A DNA stretch of 64,000 nt, taken from NCBI GenBank assembly GCA_950097015.1, contig CATNEN010000038.1:27714001-27778000 (forward strand). The letters run 5' to 3'. The notes under the pieces are model-generated. The model saw only the letters and a program-made list of their open reading frames with translations. It ran no database searches and was not told the DNA's origin. This document shows, one piece after another, positions 60,366 through 64,000 of the stretch. The first letter of the stretch is position 1, and each line of letters opens with the position of its first letter. This DNA is from Macrostomum hystrix. Taxonomy: Eukaryota; Animalia; Platyhelminthes. The position numbers and the translations under genes were made by a program.

Positions 60366-60665
60366 TTCTTTTTCTTTTTCTCGTCTTGTTTGTCGTTTAT
60401 TGATTGCGTTTTTAAATTGTCAATGTTTTTTTCTAAATAATGATATGCCTATCTTCAAATTGCAGGCATGTTGAGAAAGCTTTCTTCTTGGAATGTGTTC
60501 TGTATGGAACAACAAAAAGGACGAAGTGACTTGAGTTGTAAGTTTTTAACAATATTTAAATTTAGGTAAGAGTCAATATATTATTTTTTGCCATAATTTA
60601 TTAAACCAAAACGAAAAAATGATAGGAAATTGTTCAGAAGTATATTAGATTGATTTTATGAAGGC

Positions 60666-61620
60666 TTGCTTCCCTGCTTAGGTTTGATGCCCTTTGCCCA
60701 AAGCAATGGAAAAATTGGTCTTGTTCGTTGTTTTCTTCATCGGGCCTTTTTCATCTGCAGTTCGTGGGAGCTGTTCCACAATGAGATTGAACATCTGACA
60801 CGTTTATTTGGTCTTATCGGCTACCTGAGAACCTTCCTGTCTAGAATTACGAGTATTAACAAGTTTCTGTGTGAAAAGCTGGATGACCCGCAGAGTTTGC
60901 AAGCTTTTGAGCCTAAGAATCATATTATTTCGTTACCTTTCTTGGATTGTGCTCTGTTGAGTTTAAAAAGATCAGAAAGTTATTCCGAAAAAAATCTCAA
61001 TGCTCAAATTCGTCTTGTTTTTCGCACCGAAAAGATCGCTATGTTTGTGAGCAATCTGAGATATAGTGTGCCTCGACCTCTTGCTGCAGCTGGTGTTGTG
61101 TACAAATTTTATTGTTCTGGTGACCGGAACATTTCCTATATAGGAAAGACTAAGCGAAACCTGTACACGAGGGTTAGAGAACACTGGCTTAAGAACTCTG
61201 CCATTAATGAACATCTGCTCCCACGCAAGAGATGCTGTGACGCTGAACCACATGAAATTATTAAGACTATAAGGTTTTGTAAGAACGATTACAAACTTCG
61301 CCTATTAGAGGCTATGTACATTAAGGCCCAAAAACCTACTCTTAACAATCAGCTCACCATGCGGGGTGCTAGCCGTCAGCTTCAACTTTTTTAGTTTGCT
61401 TGCTCAAAACTGGACTGGACTGACTTGACGCGTACCATGCCTTTACACCCAAAATTTAGCACATAGTCTTGTACTTTTATTCTCTCGTCAACCGTAATAA
61501 TATATATATGTTCAAATCAATATAATATATTTATGAATATATTTCTTTTCTTGTGTCGTTTTTTGTTTAATAAATTATTGAGTTCTGAAGATTACCATTG
61601 TGGACAACATGCATCGGCAA
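60666..61620 (+). mobile_element. Penelope-like retroelement 3' end (RT thumb remnant + GIY-YIG endonuclease, ORF 60666-61394)
   Basis: HRAFFICSSW..FHNEI, ISLPF, GVVYKFYC....SYIGKTKRNLYTRVREH, LEAMYIK..KPTLN.Q. Confidence 0.88.
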
Positions 61621-61924
61621 TAACATATTATGCTGATTCTTACCTTCATTTATCTATTGTTCCTAAAGCGAGCTACACTACCTGAATTTTACCAATATTC
61701 TTCCTCCTTGAATTTTATGCTAAATGTAAGTCAACACTTGCACGTACGCAACACACGCACCTTTCCAGCTGCACCTTGCCCCACCGCAGCTTGCTCCACC
61801 ACACCTTGCCTCACCAAACCTTGCACCATCGTATCTTGCTTCACCGCAACTTGCACCACCGCACATTTCCTGCTGCACCTTGCATTACTACAAAAGCGTA
61901 TATTCAATTTTCCACCAATTGTAG

Positions 61925-64000
61925 CTAATTCGCAGAACTTAAGCCAAATATTTGCAAACCTGCCTCCTGAAGAGCTGGAGCGTCTTAAGCTAGCTGCTGA
62001 GAGAGCGAATGCTGAGAACCAAGCAGGAAAGAAAGTGGAGTCCATAAAGCTGAAGCGCAAGTTCGAATCTTTGGTTAGTCACTGAGCACTGACCAATTAC
62101 ATATACGAGCGTATACGAGATATATACCTATTTTGTGATATCTCGCATACCTTTAATTTTCAACTAGGTTACCCAGTTGGCAAAAATCGGAGGCAGTGCC
62201 TCTTGTGTAATTCGTCTGCCAGACCGCAAACTAGTCATTCTTGAAACCCCTGATGTTAGTGGAGCCGCAGAGCGGACGAATTTCGCTTCAGTAAGTAACT
62301 TCTAGCGCTTTAGTCCACATGCGAATACCAAGTTGAACGCGAGTTAAATCGTTATTCAACGTTTTGTCTCTTTCTAGTATGCGTTCTTTCGCAGCAGCGG
62401 TTCTACCGATGACATGACAATCGAAGAGTTGCGCTCTTCATGCGCTTCCATGCTACAGCTTAAGTATAGTAAGTGCGACTATTCTGCATAATCGTATATC
62501 ATTGTATATCATTCCGTTAAACGTATTTCAGAATGTAGAATGTAATGTAGTCCTCGATTGTGTATGTCCATCTATCCAAATTATGTTACTACTTTCAGAT
62601 TATTATAATTAACTTGTATGAGCACAATCCTGTAATGCTTTTAGAGCAGTCAGGCGGCGGCCGTCGTCTGAACTACGTAAAATATCCAGCCCAGGGATTT
62701 TGGTCCTCATGGCCTCTAGGCGTTCCACCGAATATTCCAGTCAATTCGATGTCAAAGGAGCAGCTTCTCAAAGTCTGGCGCGTCAGAGACGAGCTACAGT
62801 TCAATCCCAGGAGCAGCTCCTCTGTTTCAACCGGATCGTTTAATCGAAATCTGGATCATGAGTCTGGGTTTGTTATACCATATTTTTTACATATTTTTTT
62901 TAAGTTCGTTGTGCTTGGATTAGCAGCCTGCAAAAAGGCAATTCTGCCAATTTCGCTGACCCCTGAACAGACACGCGCATACTCACTAGAAAGTGTGTGT
63001 GTGTGTGTGTGTCTGTGTGTGTACTCTTGTACTCTGTATGTAAACTCTGCCCTGACTTCATCCTCAGGCAGCTCGTCGACGCTTGTACACTCACAGTGTG
63101 CCTCCGACCGTCCAATGCGTCAACTGCACTTCCCACTTCCCTATTTTTAAGCTAAGTACTCATGAACTCACTAAACTCCTTTTAGGTCATCCGTGGCTGG
63201 CGTTTTTTCGGGTTTTGTCGAATACGATAGCACCAATCAAGCCACCTTTGAGCGCTCATCTTCCGAGACCGCTTCCGATTCTGGTGCTGCTGCCTCGGTG
63301 CGCACGACATCTGGTGCTGCTGCCTTGGTGCGCACGACATCTGGTGCTGCTGCGTCGGTGCGCTCGACATCTGGTGCTGCTGCGTCGGTGCGCTCGACAT
63401 CTGGTGCTGCTGCCTCGGTGCGCTCGACATCTGGTGCTGCTGCCTCGGTGCGCACGACATCTGGTACTGCTGCGTCGGTGCGCTCGACATCTGGTGCTGC
63501 TGCGTCGGTGCGCTCGACATCTGGTGCTGCTGCGTCGGTGCGCTCGACATCTGGTGCTGCTGCCTCGGTGCGCACGACATCTGGTGCTGCTGCCTCGGTG
63601 CGCTCGACATCTGGTACTGCTGCGTCGGTGCGCTCGACATCTGGTGCTGCTGCCTCGGTGCGCTCGACATCTGGTGCTGCTGCCTCGGTGCGCTCGACAT
63701 CTGGTGCTGCTGCCTCGGTGCGCTCGACATCTGGTGCTGCTGCCTCGGTGCGCACGACATCTGGTACTGCTGCGTCGGTGCGCTCGACATCTGGTGCTGC
63801 TGCCTCGGTGCGCTCGACATCTGGTGCTGCTGCCTCGGTGCGCTCGACATCTGGTGCTGCTGCCTCGGTGCGCACGACATCTGGTACTGCTGCGTCGGTG
63901 CGCTCGACATCTGGTGCTGCTGCGTCGGTGCGCTCGACATCTGGAACCATTATCACTAACTCCGATCCTTCACCTCCTTTCTCGTTAGTCCAGAGTACAG
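61925..64000 (+). CDS. Spliced gene: HMG-box-like helix, TFII-I-repeat-like domain, (SGAAASVRST)n repeat; exons 61925-62073, 62168-62290, 62378-62468, 62645-62867, 63186-window end
   Basis: Five AG/GT-bounded segments join in one open frame; start and stop are not visible. Confidence 0.65.
62921..63070 (-). mobile_element. SINE family 1 fragment in an intron
   Basis: GGCAATTCTGCCAATTTCGCTGAC and CTGCCCTGACTT..CAGGCAG segments. Confidence 0.65.
63278..63944 (+). repeat. 30 bp minisatellite, about 22 copies, probably coding
   Basis: Tandem ATCTGGTGCTGCTGCSTCGGTGCGCWCGAC units inside the last visible exon. Confidence 0.9.

Noticed and set aside
63182-63956. Minus-strand repeat proteins (DVERTEAAAP / MSSAPRQQHQ) and plus-strand LVLLPRCARH
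   Set aside because: The frame continuous with the upstream spliced exons encodes SGAAASVRST; the others are alternative readings of the same array

Overview
Eukaryotic (invertebrate animal) genomic DNA with GT-AG introns, many locally unique minisatellites and a high-copy tRNA-derived SINE. The style suggests a free-living flatworm such as Macrostomum; this is an inference only. Genes in order: 3' part of a Haspin kinase; an intronless secreted Argos/giant-lens-like Cys-rich protein; a 4-exon BTB protein that resembles plant NPH3/RPT2-like (NRL) proteins; a ~15.5 kb cluster of seven intronless C-type lectin + degenerate PAN/apple gene copies (4 intact, 2 pseudogenes, 1 orphan C-terminal cassette); a 6-exon neuroligin-like gene; a 4-exon Shisa/WBP1-like PPxY membrane protein; a spliced orphan gene; and a spliced gene with a TFII-I-repeat-like domain and a coding 30-bp minisatellite. 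Mobile DNA: mariner and Tc1 deletion derivatives, a hAT MITE, a hAT transposase end, a Penelope GIY-YIG end, LINE and possible Crypton remnants, and three SINE families. The standout is the lectin cluster. Its copies are patchworks of shared cassettes (signal peptide, lectin core, ligand-binding loop, two alternative C-terminal cassettes) joined at nucleotide-identical, GC3-rich anchor blocks, while the sugar-binding loop is hypervariable. This pattern is consistent with a gene-conversion/recombination-diversified secreted recognition-protein repertoire. All alignments and family assignments were made by eye, without database searches.
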